Assembly: GCF_004010195.1 (NCBI RefSeq)
Contig: NC_057719.1
Coordinates: forward strand, 32,556,537-32,620,536
DNA: 64,000 nucleotides
Direction: 5' to 3'
Source: Chiloscyllium plagiosum
Taxonomy: Eukaryota
Of the stretch, positions 51,626-63,555 are shown piece after piece. The first letter of the stretch is position 1. Each line of letters opens with the position of its first letter. Both the position numbers and the translations under genes were made by a program. The notes under the pieces were generated by a model, which ran no database searches, was not told the origin of the DNA, and saw nothing but the letters and a program-made list of their open reading frames with translations.

Positions 51626-52012
51626 GGGCGGCATGGTGGCACAGTGTGGGCGGCATGGTGGCACAGTGTGGGCGGCATGGTGGCACAGTGGTTAGCGCTG
51701 CTGCCTCACAGCGCTAGAGACCCGGGTTCAATTCCCGCCTCAGGCGACTGTGTGGAGTTTGCACGTTCTCCCCGTGTCTGCGTGGGTTTCCTCCGGGTGC
51801 TCCGGTTTCCTCCCACAGTCCAAAGATGTGCAGGTCAGGTGAAGTGGCCATGCTAAATTGCCCGTAGTGTTAGGTAAGGGGTAAATGTAGGGGTATGGGT
51901 GGGTTGCGCTTTGGTGGGGCGGTGTGGGCTTGTTGGGCCGAAGGGCCTGTTTCCATACTGTAAGTAATCTAATCTAATCTAATCTAATCTAATCTAATCT
52001 AATCTAATCTAA
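51626..52012 (+). mobile_element. HE1 SINE with triplicated 5' end and long (taatc)n tail
   Basis: 22-bp unit gtgggcggcatggtggcacagt x3 (51624-51689); about 9 taatc repeats 51965-52012. Confidence 0.93.
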
Positions 52013-52229
52013 ACTCAGCATGTCTGCAATTAAATGCAGGTCTGTCCAATGATGCTGACATTCTAAGAATTAATTGTTTAAAAACTAGGTGACGGTTTTG
52101 GGTGAAAGACAAGCAAGAGGAGTAGGTTGGGTGTGTGGTTAGCTGGGTGAGAGACAGATAGTTGGTAAGTAGGCCAGGGGTAGAGTCATGGGATGGGTTA
52201 GGGGGATGCAGGGAGGTGGCATTTCCGAC

Positions 52230-52420
52230 GCCCCTCCCCCAAGTCCCTCCTCCCTTCCTTTTATCTTAGCCTGCTGGACAAACTTTCCTCATTCCTGAAG
52301 AAGGGCTTATGCCCGAAACGTCGATTCTCCTGTGCCCTGGATGCTGCCTGACCTGCTGCGCTTTTCCAGCAACACATTTTCAGCTCTGATCTCCAGCATC
52401 TGCAGACCTCAATTTCTCCT
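52230..52420 (+). mobile_element. PLE family A pLTR+tail with intact hammerhead core
   Basis: CTGAAGA 52295-52301, GGGC-TTAT-GCCC, GAAACGTC; ends ctccagcatctgcagacctcaatttctcct. Confidence 0.85.
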
Positions 52421-53411
52421 ACTCCCATCCAACACTAGCATCTCCACATCACGCCTCAAGAATGTTCAACTTACCATCTTACCAAACAAGCTGACATCAA
52501 GAAATCTCAAAATGGAAATCAGAATAGATACCTGGTAGCAGCTGGTTGCTTCATAGAACTTGCTCCAAAGGACCTCCATGTTAGATACCAGGCACCAGCA
52601 TCTCAGGACATCACCCATGGGCATGTCACACATACCCATGTCTATAGACCTTGGCATTTGATATGTGTCACCCTCTAAGAATCCTCATGACAGATCTCTG
52701 ATCTACATACAGGATACTTCTGCACTTCAATACTGTGCCTTAGACTACACCAACAACTAGCATTGTAATGCTGCAGCAAGGATAGGCAACAACACCCAGC
52801 TCATGAACTGGACCAGGTGACACCTCTGGGTTCTTTGCTCACTGTCATGGAGCTTACTCACTCTGAGCGGGCCTACATGCTTACAGCATCCCTGCCTTGC
52901 GTTGCTTTGTCAATTTTTTAATGCTTTGCTCTCTCATCCAGTGCTACCAGGCTCATACCATTTTTGGACTTATCATGCCTTTCCTTGGAGATACAAAACC
53001 CTAGAAACTTGTCATGTATGTTAGCAAACCTCAGTTAATTTAAGGGAGACAGTCTTTCCTCAGGGGATCCCAACTCCGTAAGTTAGGGGCAGCCTCTGCT
53101 ACCAGCCCTGGGCCTGGCATATGGTTAGTCAGCTGTTCAGACAGGCCACAGTCAGGATACTAACATAAAGAGCTGAATGACAGGCAGCCCACAATGTGAC
53201 TCTTTCTGTGCTATTATGGGTTGTTTTCCTCCTGGAATGAGAGAAGGACAGGTATTAAAGGAGATGCAAGTGCACTGTACAGATGTTATTTTTGATGCAA
53301 ATGGGGATGAGTTCCAAATGAGTGAGTTAGGAAGCGCTGAGGGCATGGTAAGTTGTCAAGGTTGGGATGGGTGAGCGTGAGTGGGGAAGATGTTGCTGGC
53401 AATAGCAAGGG

Positions 53412-53952
53412 TTATGATGTAGAGGTGCCAATGTTGGACTAGGTGGATAAGGTTCCAAGTTACGAAACACCAGTCCAACAGGCTTATTTGAAACCATAAG
53501 CTTTCGGAGCACTGCTCCTTCATCAGGTGGAGTGAAAAGAAGCATTAAGGCACATAATATATAGGCAGAATGCACAAACGGTGAGAGTGGAGTGTCGACA
53601 AGCTGATTAATAAATATCTGCAGGTGCTCAAAAGTGTCAGACAGTGGGTAAAGTGTCAATAGTAAAGTAAGTGAAGGGGATGACCTATAATCCAATTAAT
53701 TGAGATAGAGAGATAATTACAAAAAAAATTAAAAATAATGTGGTGCTGGAAACAAACCAAATGGCTAGTAGAAGAGTTGCATGCCGTGGGTCTAACCAAA
53801 GTTACAAGTAGTCTAAAACTGTACAAACTAATTAAGGTACAGAGATCATAACAAGTTATCAAGATGATGGTGTCAAAACAGGACAGTAAGGAAGATTTTC
53901 CAGATACAGAACAGTATGATGGAGTTACATGTAGTGCGACATGAACCCAAGA
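53412..53952 (-). mobile_element. PLE family B-related 3' fragment with hammerhead core
   Basis: Minus cacCTGATGAaGGAGCagtGCTCCGAAAgctt (53498-53529); agtccaacattggcacctctacatca terminus. Confidence 0.75.
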
Positions 53953-54041
53953 TGATGAGTCTGACTACAGAAAGGAGATAGAGGGCTTGGTGATGTGGTG
54001 CAATGAGAACAACCTCTCTCTCAACATCGGCAAAATTAAAG
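53951..54041 (+). mobile_element. Rex1/Babar LINE RT fragment
   Basis: DDESDYRKEIEGLVMWCNENNLSLNIGKIK. Confidence 0.7.
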
Positions 54042-56414
54042 TACAAGTGATGGGTGCGGTAGCAGAGATAGAGTAGGTGGGAGGTATTGGAGAACAGTTG
54101 GTAGCACTTATCATGGCAGAGTGTAAGACTTTGACCTTCCTCCTACAGTATTGGCCATTCCCCAGATGGCTGAAACTGCATTGATCCTTTTTGTAATATC
54201 AAGCCAGACTGACGTGGTCTGGGTTCACAGCCTCCACTGCTGGTCCTGGGGGAAGAGGAAGTCCAGCATGTATATTGTGTAAAGACTGTATCTTTTTATG
54301 TTTTTCTGTTTCTTTGATTGTGGACTAAAATGGGAGAAAGGATTGTTTTACTGACCAATCTGTGTGCAAAAGATTCCTCCACTTTTTATAGGCAAGTTAT
54401 CTGCACTTATTGTAAATATTGTATGCTGTTACTTGTTTAATCAGTGGGGGAGGTTTCGTTGAACTGGCTTCAGGAGTGTGTCCACAATAAGATTTGTTTT
54501 GGGAACAAGGAGTGGAGCGGTGATCAGTTGTCAATGACAAAAACCTCAGCCCTGCCAACAACTACAGGATTGAATCCTAAATAGCTGAATAGTTTGTGGG
54601 TAAGAATAGTATAGCCAGAAGCCTTTAGCCCTCTGAAATGGATGGTGCTACCTCTCTCTGTAGTGAAAAATATGCCTGAGGTCTGAAGAGAGCCAATTTA
54701 TTTTCCCTCATCAGTTGCTGTAAGCTGTGTCGATTAACCAGTAGCTAAGAGATTTTGCAATTTGTGAGCTAGTCATCCTGTGCCTTCTGAAAGAAAGTGA
54801 AAAGTACATGGAGGAGAGCAAAGCAGGCCAACATCTTCCCCCTGCATGCCATATCTTGGTTAAATATCAGACACCGTGTTTGGCAGATTCATATTAACCC
54901 TGTCTGTCTGTGCTCACAGAGGACTTTGGCACGGATGGGAGATCTCCTTGTCTTTTGGCAGATACCCATTAAGTGGTGAGTTGTTCTGGGAACAGCACGT
55001 GGTAAGATGAAACTTTAATTTGACAAGTGGGACAGCTTAGGAGAAGTGTAAACTTCCCAGACAATTCCCGGGTAGTTGCTGCATAGTACTTTGGAAAAGT
55101 CCCAAAAAGCATCTTTTGTACATTGTTTCGACGACTAGCTTCCAAATGGAAGATCTTGGCCCAAATTGTACAAGAGAAGAACTTGCATTTGTTACGGTCA
55201 TTGAGCATCACGCAGAAACATGCTTTGCATGTTTAGCAGAGTAAGGTAGAAACTACTGTTTAAAGAATAACCGACAGTGATCACAATGCGATTCATTATT
55301 TAATTTTATCTCTATCTAATGACCACATAATCACCTTTCAGTCCTACTGGTCAATTCAATTACAGCTTAATGTAGTTATATATTAAAGTCTATGCTCAAA
55401 CTGGCAAGCGGTTAACTTATATAACAGTCACTTTGAGACTCTGAAATGATCCAGTTTTTCTTTAATTATCCACATGCAAATTTGGTTTAAGTAATAATTG
55501 CTTATCCAATTGAATTAAACACAAATGAGGATCACTTCCAATTATAAATTGAAATTATGAAACTTTTTAAAGAGGGTGCTGAAAAAGTCAAGCAGCGCAA
55601 TGATTGAAGTAACTGTCTCATAAAGGCTTGTATATATCTGGAGCCCTAAAGCCGAATTGATCTGGAGAGAAGAAGTGAAATTCGCTCATACTGATACCTG
55701 GAATATGCTGACCCTCTTGATCCAGTGCATATTTCTTATCAAGACAGGTCTTAATCTGACTTATCCATTTTGACTTAGATACTTAAGGTGACTGTGGAGA
55801 ACAGGGCATCACTTTCAATGTTGCAAAGGACAAAATGAGTAGCTATTGTGTAGCGTTTGGGGAACCTTCTCCAAAAGATAATAGGTAACTTCTGGTATTG
55901 TTGTTGCAATTTCCAGTGGCTGGCCTTTGATTCAAAACACCATTAAATGGAGATTTATAGAACTGTTGGAGAAGTTTGAAATGACTTGTACAAAAAGTCC
56001 TGTAAAGGGGTATCGCTGGCATTGCTTCTGACCTCCAGCATGTTCTTAGTGTTTTTTTACTTCATTGTCTAAAAATAAAAGTCTTTCTGAATTATTTTAA
56101 CATGGATACAATCGCTGATGTGATGGAATTTCTGGACAATATCTATAGTTGAGACAGAACAGTTCTTTTTCGACTATGCATGCCTAATGTGTGGGGTGTC
56201 AGGAAGTAAGTTGCAGAAACAATTCACAAGATGAAATTGAAAATCCAAGCACTCATTGATAATAGAACACAGTGGGATCAAATACGAAGCAACCAATGCA
56301 ATGTGAACTTTTGATCCATCTGTCTGATCTTTTCTGAAACAGTGAGGCAAAATTAGGTTTAATGGTTTGAATAATTATCTGATGCTTAGATTAAGAGCGG
56401 AACCTGGACTGTAT

Positions 56415-56922
56415 GCCCGGAGCGGTGTCGGCCGTGGGCCCGGAGCGGTGTCGGCTGTGGGCCCGGGGTGGTGTCGGCTGTGGGCCCGGGGTGGTGTTGG
56501 CTGTGGGCCCGGAGCGGTGGTGGCCGTGGGCCCGGAGCGGTGGTGGCCGTGGGCCCAGAGCGGTGTCGGCTGTGGGCCCGGAGCGGTGTCGGCTGTGGGC
56601 CTGGGGTGGTGTTGGCTGTGGGCCCAGAGTGGTGGTGGCTGTGGGCCCAGAGCGGTATCGGCCGTGGCCCAGGGCTGTGGTGGCCGTGGGCCCAGGGCGG
56701 TATTGGCTGTGGGCCATGAGTGGTTGTGGCCCTGGGCCCAGGGCAGTATCGGCTTTGGGCCCGGAGTGGTTGTGGCCCTGGGCCCAGGGCAGTATCGGCT
56801 GTGGGCCCGGAGTGGTTGTGGCCCTGGGCCCAGGGCAGTATCAGCTGTGGGCCCGGAGTGGTTGTGGCCGTGGGCCCTGGGCAGTGGTGGACGTGGGCCC
56901 GGAGCAGAGTGTTGGCTGTGGG
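56415..56922. repeat. GC-rich 23-bp minisatellite, about 22 units
   Basis: Unit gcccggagcggtgtcggctgtgg with variants; no spacers. Confidence 0.95.
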
Positions 56923-57419
56923 TCCAGTGCATAGAAGCAGCTGTGGTCCTGTGCTCAAGATGTTTAGGGCGAGCCCGAAGTGTTGGTGAGGGAAGTCCCC
57001 CGACGTCTGAAAAGTCAACAGCAGAAAGCCTGAGGTTTTCCCAGAGAGCAGGTCAAAGCGGAGGAAACCATTCCCTGCCAGGAAGTGCAGTTAATAAAGA
57101 CTGTTGAACTTTGAACTTTATTCCTTTATTTTTCCATTTAATACTAGGAAGAACTCTCATGTTAACTTTTCACTTTATTTCTTTATTTTTCTACTTATAC
57201 TGATGCATTACTTTTAACTTTACTTCTCTATGTTACTGCTTGTACCTACATTTTGTACCTAGCTATTTTCGTACTCAAGGTGGCAGTATATGTGTGGCGT
57301 TATTGTACGCTTTTCAATGTATTCCTGTACTTCTGTACTTGAGTACATGAGACAACAAAGTTTAAATAAATCAAACTAAATTAATACACTATTCTCATTA
57401 GGGCAGCAATTTCAGAGGC

Positions 57420-58100
57420 CGGGGAACAGCAAAGGACTCTCGGTTGCTCACTCAGCCCAGGGAGGATTCCCCAGTATTAGGGACAGGGAACTGTTACAGT
57501 TACATAGACGTAAGAATGTCGGTAAGAGGTTTGAGTTGCTGTCATCATTGACCTTGCTGTTTCCTAGATAGATTACTTGGGCTTTAGCAATCTCGCTGTT
57601 TATGAGATTGACCACTAGGTCAGTTGACTGTACTTTCTGGACGAAGGCTCCTTTTGCTCTGTGTCCATTTCCCAGGTGTCGCTGTACACTAGGACTGGCC
57701 TTTGATCAAAGTTCTGATCTTAATTACCTTGGTGTAGTCTTTTAACTTTGCACATGATAGAACTTTAAATCTTCAAAAATAACTTCCCATAATTCTACTT
57801 GGATTGTGCTGGCTTTAAAAACAGCAAACCTAAGAAAGCCCTTTGCAGGTTTTTTTTCTCAAATTGCTTTCAAAGCAACAATTTACCCAATTATATTCGT
57901 ACATTCTGTCGGGGGCTTTAAATTGAGCTCCCAGTTTGATTCAAGCAGTCCCCAGGCTGTGTCCCCCAATTTCATATGAATGCAGGGAGGATGCCTTACA
58001 AACCCCTGGGTAAGGAGTGATGAGCTGACATCCCTTTCTTTGATCGCCCACCACTTTGATTGGTTGCAAAAAGGTTAATTTGATAAGTATTCTCCCTTTG
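57420..58100 (-). mobile_element. Very old Gypsy pol remnant
   Basis: Minus DYTKVI, YSDTWE and LVVNLINSEIAKAQVIYL resemble Gypsy RT DYRKVN / YSxTWE / LVINLAKSEF...VTYLG. Confidence 0.55.
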
Positions 58101-58218
58101 TGGTACTTTTTTCCCAGACCTTATAAATTTACTTTAAATAAGAAGCTTTATTTAGTTAACAAAGCACTGTTTTTATTAGTGACTGAATGTGAGAAGAATC
58201 AATAAGACAACGCCCATA

Positions 58219-58542
58219 GGAGCAGCACGGTGGCTCAGTGGTTAGCACTGTTGCCTCACAGCGCCAGGGACCCGGATTCAATTCCTGCCTCGGTCAACTG
58301 TCTGGACTTTGCACATTCTCCCCGTGTCTGCGTGGGTTTCCTCCGGGTGCTCCGGTTTCCTCCCACAGTCCAAAGATGTGCAGGTTAGGTGAATTGGCCA
58401 TGCTAAATTGCCCGTAGTGTTAGGTGCATTAGTCAGAGGGAAATGTAAGGGAATGGTTCTGGGTGGGTTGCTCTTCAGAGGGTCAGTGTGGACTTGTTGG
58501 GCCAAAGGGCCTGTTTCCACACTGTAGGGAATCTAATCTAAT
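58219..58542 (+). mobile_element. HE1 SINE, full length (variant subfamily)
   Basis: Box A tggctcagtgg, box B gattcaattcc, core, aatctaatcta tail. Confidence 0.9.
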
Positions 58543-59431
58543 AACAAGTGAGACTAAACAAGATAAAAGTTTCAAAAAAAGATATACAGACCAGTCTTTT
58601 ATGTCAATTGTGCAGAGCAAATAGTACAATGTTGCAAATGTTACAATGTACAGTATTTGTGGTATTGATGCTGCTGGTTGAACAGTCAATTTAAAGATCC
58701 TTGGCTTTACAGATTGCTTCCTTTTCAAAGTAAATAGCTGGAGGGTTCAAAGTGAGTTGAACAGTTTTCCTTTCTTTACTTGCAGTGTGGGAGGTATATA
58801 ATGGCTGTTTCCAAATCTGTGAGCATCAATGTACGTTTGTCCATACATTAGTACATCAAGCCATTAACACAGAGACCAGGAATTGAGTTGCTTTTGAACT
58901 CCTTTTTTTTAGATCCCTTGGAAGGAAAAATAATAAACTTGTTTGCAGGAGATGACTTCCTGCTGAGAGAGGGTTGAGTTGTCAGCGTCTTGTTGTCTTT
59001 TCCCTTGGTAATCTTCTTGCTCGCTATCGCCCTGACTCTGTACAGATGTGAAATTTCATGGGTCCACATAGGATTCTGAAGACAAAATGAATCTAGATCC
59101 ACAATCATCTTTTTAGCTGTAGCAGTCCTCTTTAAGAAAGAAATATGTGGCATTAAAATTTGGATATGTCAATAAGTCCTCAGAGTTCTGTCCAATCCAT
59201 TGCCATGATACAGCCGATTTACAAAATCGTCTGAGCAGGATCAGATAATGTTCTTATACAAGTAACATCAAAAGGATATATTGATAGAAGAAAAATAGCT
59301 GCCTTTCACATAAGAGCTTTTCAGAATTCTGAAATCGCTGTGTATGAATGGATCAGAAAATTTTCTATCACATGTTTTTCACTCACTCATCATTGGCTAA
59401 ACCAGCTTCATTCCTCGTCCCTAATTGCTCA

Positions 59432-60595
59432 GTGTGACCATACTATGGCTTCAAGAGGTGTACTTTGCTCTGGTCTTTTTTTTTATGAAGAGAAGTTGCG
59501 ACAGAGGTAATGAGTAATCTACTCGAAGCCGATAAAGTAGACAGCTTTTTTTAAAAGTTGGAATAATAGAAGTTCCTGAATGGGTGGGGTCAAGCTCCCA
59601 CAGATCTATGGTTTTTAGTTAAGCTTTCAGAAGCAGTTACTGGGGTCTTGAAATGGGATGTAGAAACACTTACTCCTCTCTCTGTTACAGCTAAAATCTG
59701 CAGTTCTCTTCCTGCTGCTAGAATTGCAAGTGAGTCAATCTATTTTACTGAATTTGCCTTTGCCAAGGGTGTGTTAATGGGATGATACTATGTTGGAATG
59801 GTTGATGAGTAGTTTATTATTTTAAGTATTTTAATAGAGTTACAATAAAGCCAATTATTTTCTTTTCCTTTTTATTTTGTCTATATTTTAACAATAGTGT
59901 GTGAAAAAGGTCTGTAGCATTCAAGCCTGGCAGTTTGACCAATCAAATTGCATTTGAAACACAACAATCATAGAGTCATAAAGTCACATAGCACAGAAAA
60001 AGTCCAACTAGTCCATGCCAACCATAATTCCAAACTAAACTACTGCCACCTGCCTGCTCCTGGCCCATATTCTTCCCAGCCTTTCCTATTCAATGTACCT
60101 ATCTCCTTTAAATCATTCTGCTCTCACCTTAAAAATGTGATCCCTGGTCTTGAATTCCCCCATCCTCGGGAAAGGACAACTGCCATTAATTCTATCTATG
60201 CTCCTCATTATTTTATAAAAATGGGACCTGTATAAGTTTGTCTGTCAACCTCCTGCACTCCAGTGAAAAACATCCCAGCCTACCCAGCCTTTCTTTATAA
60301 TTCAAACCCTCCATTCCCAGCTACATCCTGGTACATCTCTTCTGAACCTTCTCCAGCTTAATAATATCCTTCCAATAAGTGGGTGAGTCGAACTGGGCAC
60401 AGTACTCCAGGAGAGGCCTCACCAATGTCCTGTACAATCTCAACGTGACTTCCCAACTCCTATACTCAAATGCCTGAGCAATGAAGGCAATTGTGCCAAA
60501 TGGTCACCTGGCACTTGCTTTTAAAAGAAGGAAACGATAGGGTCCAGGCTGTCTCCTTGATACGTTTTAAGGGGGATTTCGGCTGGTCCATAAAA
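59432..60595 (+). mobile_element. Possible solo LTR interrupted by CR1
   Basis: Begins tgtgac, contains AATAAA (~59844), non-CR1 sequence resumes after 60500 ending ggtccataaaa; no TSD verified. Confidence 0.35.
59965..60500 (-). mobile_element. CR1 3' fragment
   Basis: aatcatagagtcataaagtcac tail; acagtactccaggagaggcctcaccaatgtcctgtaca (YRTLVRPLLEYC on minus). Confidence 0.85.
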
Positions 60596-62427
60596 CTAGA
60601 GAGCAATTAAAAGTCAGTCACATTACTGTGTGTCTGGAGTCACATGTAGGCCAGACCCATAGAGTATCTCTACGGTTATATCGATAATAATAAAAGCGCT
60701 GCAAATGTAGTTGATTGTATAGGTGCTTTAAACTGCAAATGGTTCTCTGTTGCCCAGACCTGCACTGGATACCAGAACTGCACCAGCAATCCTGTACAAA
60801 ATAAAAATCAATTGGCATATTCCTAAATTTTTGTGGGCAATTATAATACAGCCTATTCCATATCTCCAACTTGGCTATTGGCTAGATTTTGATTTTGAAA
60901 TAGCTAGCTTGATTTAGATATTTCCTAAGTTGGAGGGTGTACCTCAATATAAAGTATCCCAAAGCGTGCGATTTTCTCTCTGGTGGGTGAGTGTTGGCTA
61001 GAGTTGGGCCTGCCAACCCTGGAAGCAGATCCTAGGCAGGGGTGAGTGAATACCAAAGTGAATAGCTACAAGGCCCACCTCTGTTTGACTCAATCCCATT
61101 GGCCCTCACACTTCATTTCCATGGGTGTCCATACCCTTTGTGCCATTTCCCGAGCCACTCTCATGCGTAGGCCTCAGGAGGAACGTAGAGTTGATAACAA
61201 TCTAACATAGCTCTTGCTTCTACACATTTGATGGTAATAGAAATTCCCACTCTTAAAATACTTTCAGTGAATTTTAAATCTCCTGAACAGGTTAATCACC
61301 CATACAAACAAACACACACTTGGATTTTACAGTCCACTGTGTTCATCACACTCCATGACTGAAATGTTGGGTTGGAGCCTGACCATGAGAACATCTGGCT
61401 GTCCTGCTGTCATTTTACACTCATGTGAATGGCAGCTTTTTAGCACCAGCAGCTCCAGATTCAAGATGTTGCCTTGGCTGGGATTATGGCTTGTCTCTGA
61501 AGAAAGGGAGGCTATGGAGGAGGTACATGTCATATTTACTAAGATTATCTTGGAGTTTCAACTTCAAGTGGTGGAAAATATTGACCAGATTTTGATATTC
61601 TATCCCCAAAGCAAATAACCTGCATTTCAATGATCTGAACCCCAGAGTATTTACAGACATGTGTTACCTTTAATTCCAAAATGTATATCTTTAAAGGCAA
61701 CTACAGAAAGAAAGCTGCAGCTATAAATTTCAAAAAGGCCATGTGTAAAACAATTGTAAAGCACCATGGAAACTTCAAACAGAAAGGGACTTACCATGAA
61801 GAGCCTTCTATTACAAACCATGCCTGTTTACCCCTCAAGGAATATACAAATAAGTGTTAAACACTGACTGCAACATAAGTCTCTGTGTTATTGGCTGTCT
61901 TAGCGTGTGAACCAAGATGGTGAGGGCTGCAGTTTTGCGAATAGCTATTTTAAACACTCTGGTGATGCTGGTAAAACAGAAGCTAAAGACTCTCTCACTC
62001 TGAAATTCGTTCACTGTCAAAAGGAATCAAAACAATGGAATATTTGTGAACCTTTAAAACAAAACTCTCAAAATTGCTCTTAACTATTCACATCAATGCT
62101 AGTGGTTCTACTCAACAATGGCTGCAACATTGTCACTTGTATTTTCCTGAGCAATTCAGAGGCTGATCCATGTATTTCTATTTTTGCTTTTATCTTTTTG
62201 GACTATCTTTCATTCTACTGTGTATATGTACGTTGCATTATTATTCTTCCTTGCATTGAATAATTAATAAAAAGAGACAGTTTATTACTTGAAGAAACCT
62301 AATCAAATTGGTATCTTTTAAAACATAAGCTAATTTGGAACTGAGAGAAATGTATCAACAAGGAAAGGGCTGCATTTTTAATTAATCTTGTTGCAGCCAA
62401 CTGAGAAAGTGGATGATTAACCAGTTG

Positions 62428-62754
62428 GAATCCCTACAGTACAGAAAGACACTATTTAGCTCATCAAGTTGCGCTGACCCTCTGAAGAGCAACCCACCAG
62501 CCAAGCCCCCACCCTATCCCCAGAACCCCACATTAACCATGGCTATTCCACCTTGGCTGCACATTCCTGGACACCACAGGACCAATTCACCCAACCTGCA
62601 TATCTTTGGACGTGGGAGGTAACTGGACCATATGATGGAAACCCATGCAGCCACAGGGAGTAAGTGCAAACTCCATGCAGACAGTCACCCAATTGACCCT
62701 AGATTCCTGGCACTGTGAGGCAGAAGTGATAACTACTAAAGCACCATGCCATCC
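62428..62754 (-). mobile_element. Degraded HE1-type SINE
   Basis: ccctctgaagagcaacccacc...acctgcatatctttggac...ggcactgtgaggcag. Confidence 0.75.
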
Positions 62755-63388
62755 TTGATATGGTGAATTCATATCAAGGATGGCAGGAACTTAACAATGT
62801 AGGATATTCCAGCTGGAACAGTAGCACATTTTTGTCTAGAGTCTATTCCTAATACCTAACACAGCCTTTGTTAAATTGATAATATGCCCTTTTTAATAGG
62901 AGAATTAAATGGATGGTTGTGCAATGTGAGGTTACCTGTGAGAATCGTGTTCATGCAAGTGATAATAATTGCTATGTCTTCAAGTAGATGAAAATAGTAG
63001 GTCCCCAATCACTATTAATGAGGCTAGTTACTGTACTGAAAACTGTTCCGAAATTGTTTCCTGAGAGAAATGGAATAGGAACCATTTGTAATAATGGCAA
63101 ACCAGTGAGATCATTTTTGTTTTATTGTGCTAACACTTTGGTTCAAATGATAAAAATCAAAAGTAATATTGGCAGGTGCTGTCCAGCTGTACATGGCAGA
63201 AAAATGTACCATGAGCTATTGAGTATTTTAATTGGATAATACATCTTAAGGTTCACAGTATTGTCAAGTTGCCCAATGTTTCCTCTCATGGTTTATTATT
63301 ACGTCTGAATCCTTTAGTATAATATGTTTTTTGTGGACATTTTAAAAACCCTGCTCTCATATTCATTATATGCCTAGGATTTTCCAGG

Positions 63389-63555
63389 AGAAAGTGAGGA
63401 CCGCAGATGCTGGAGATCAGAGCTGAAAATGTGTTGCTGGAAAAGCGCAGCAGGTCAGGCAGCATCCAAGGAGCAGGAGAATCGACGTTTCGGGCATGAG
63501 CCTGCTCCTTGGATGCTGCCTGACCTGCTGCGCTTTTCCAGCAACACATTTTCAG
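63389..63555. mobile_element. Hairpin mini-PLE, family A, young
   Basis: Same ends as 26012-26218; TSD ctaggattttccagg 63374-63388 / ctaggatttcccagg 63556-63570; hammerhead CTGANGA absent. Confidence 0.9.

Noticed and set aside
56415..56922. CRISPR-like array
   Set aside because: Units are contiguous with no unique spacers; eukaryotic context with no cas genes.
56367..57107. Cluster of long overlapping ORFs (up to 246 aa) on both strands
   Set aside because: Produced by a GC-rich 23-bp tandem repeat lacking stop codons; the unit is not a multiple of 3 and peptides are low-complexity.
58848..59153. 101-aa ORF or exon candidate
   Set aside because: No recognisable domain and no convincing splice-site pair in any frame.
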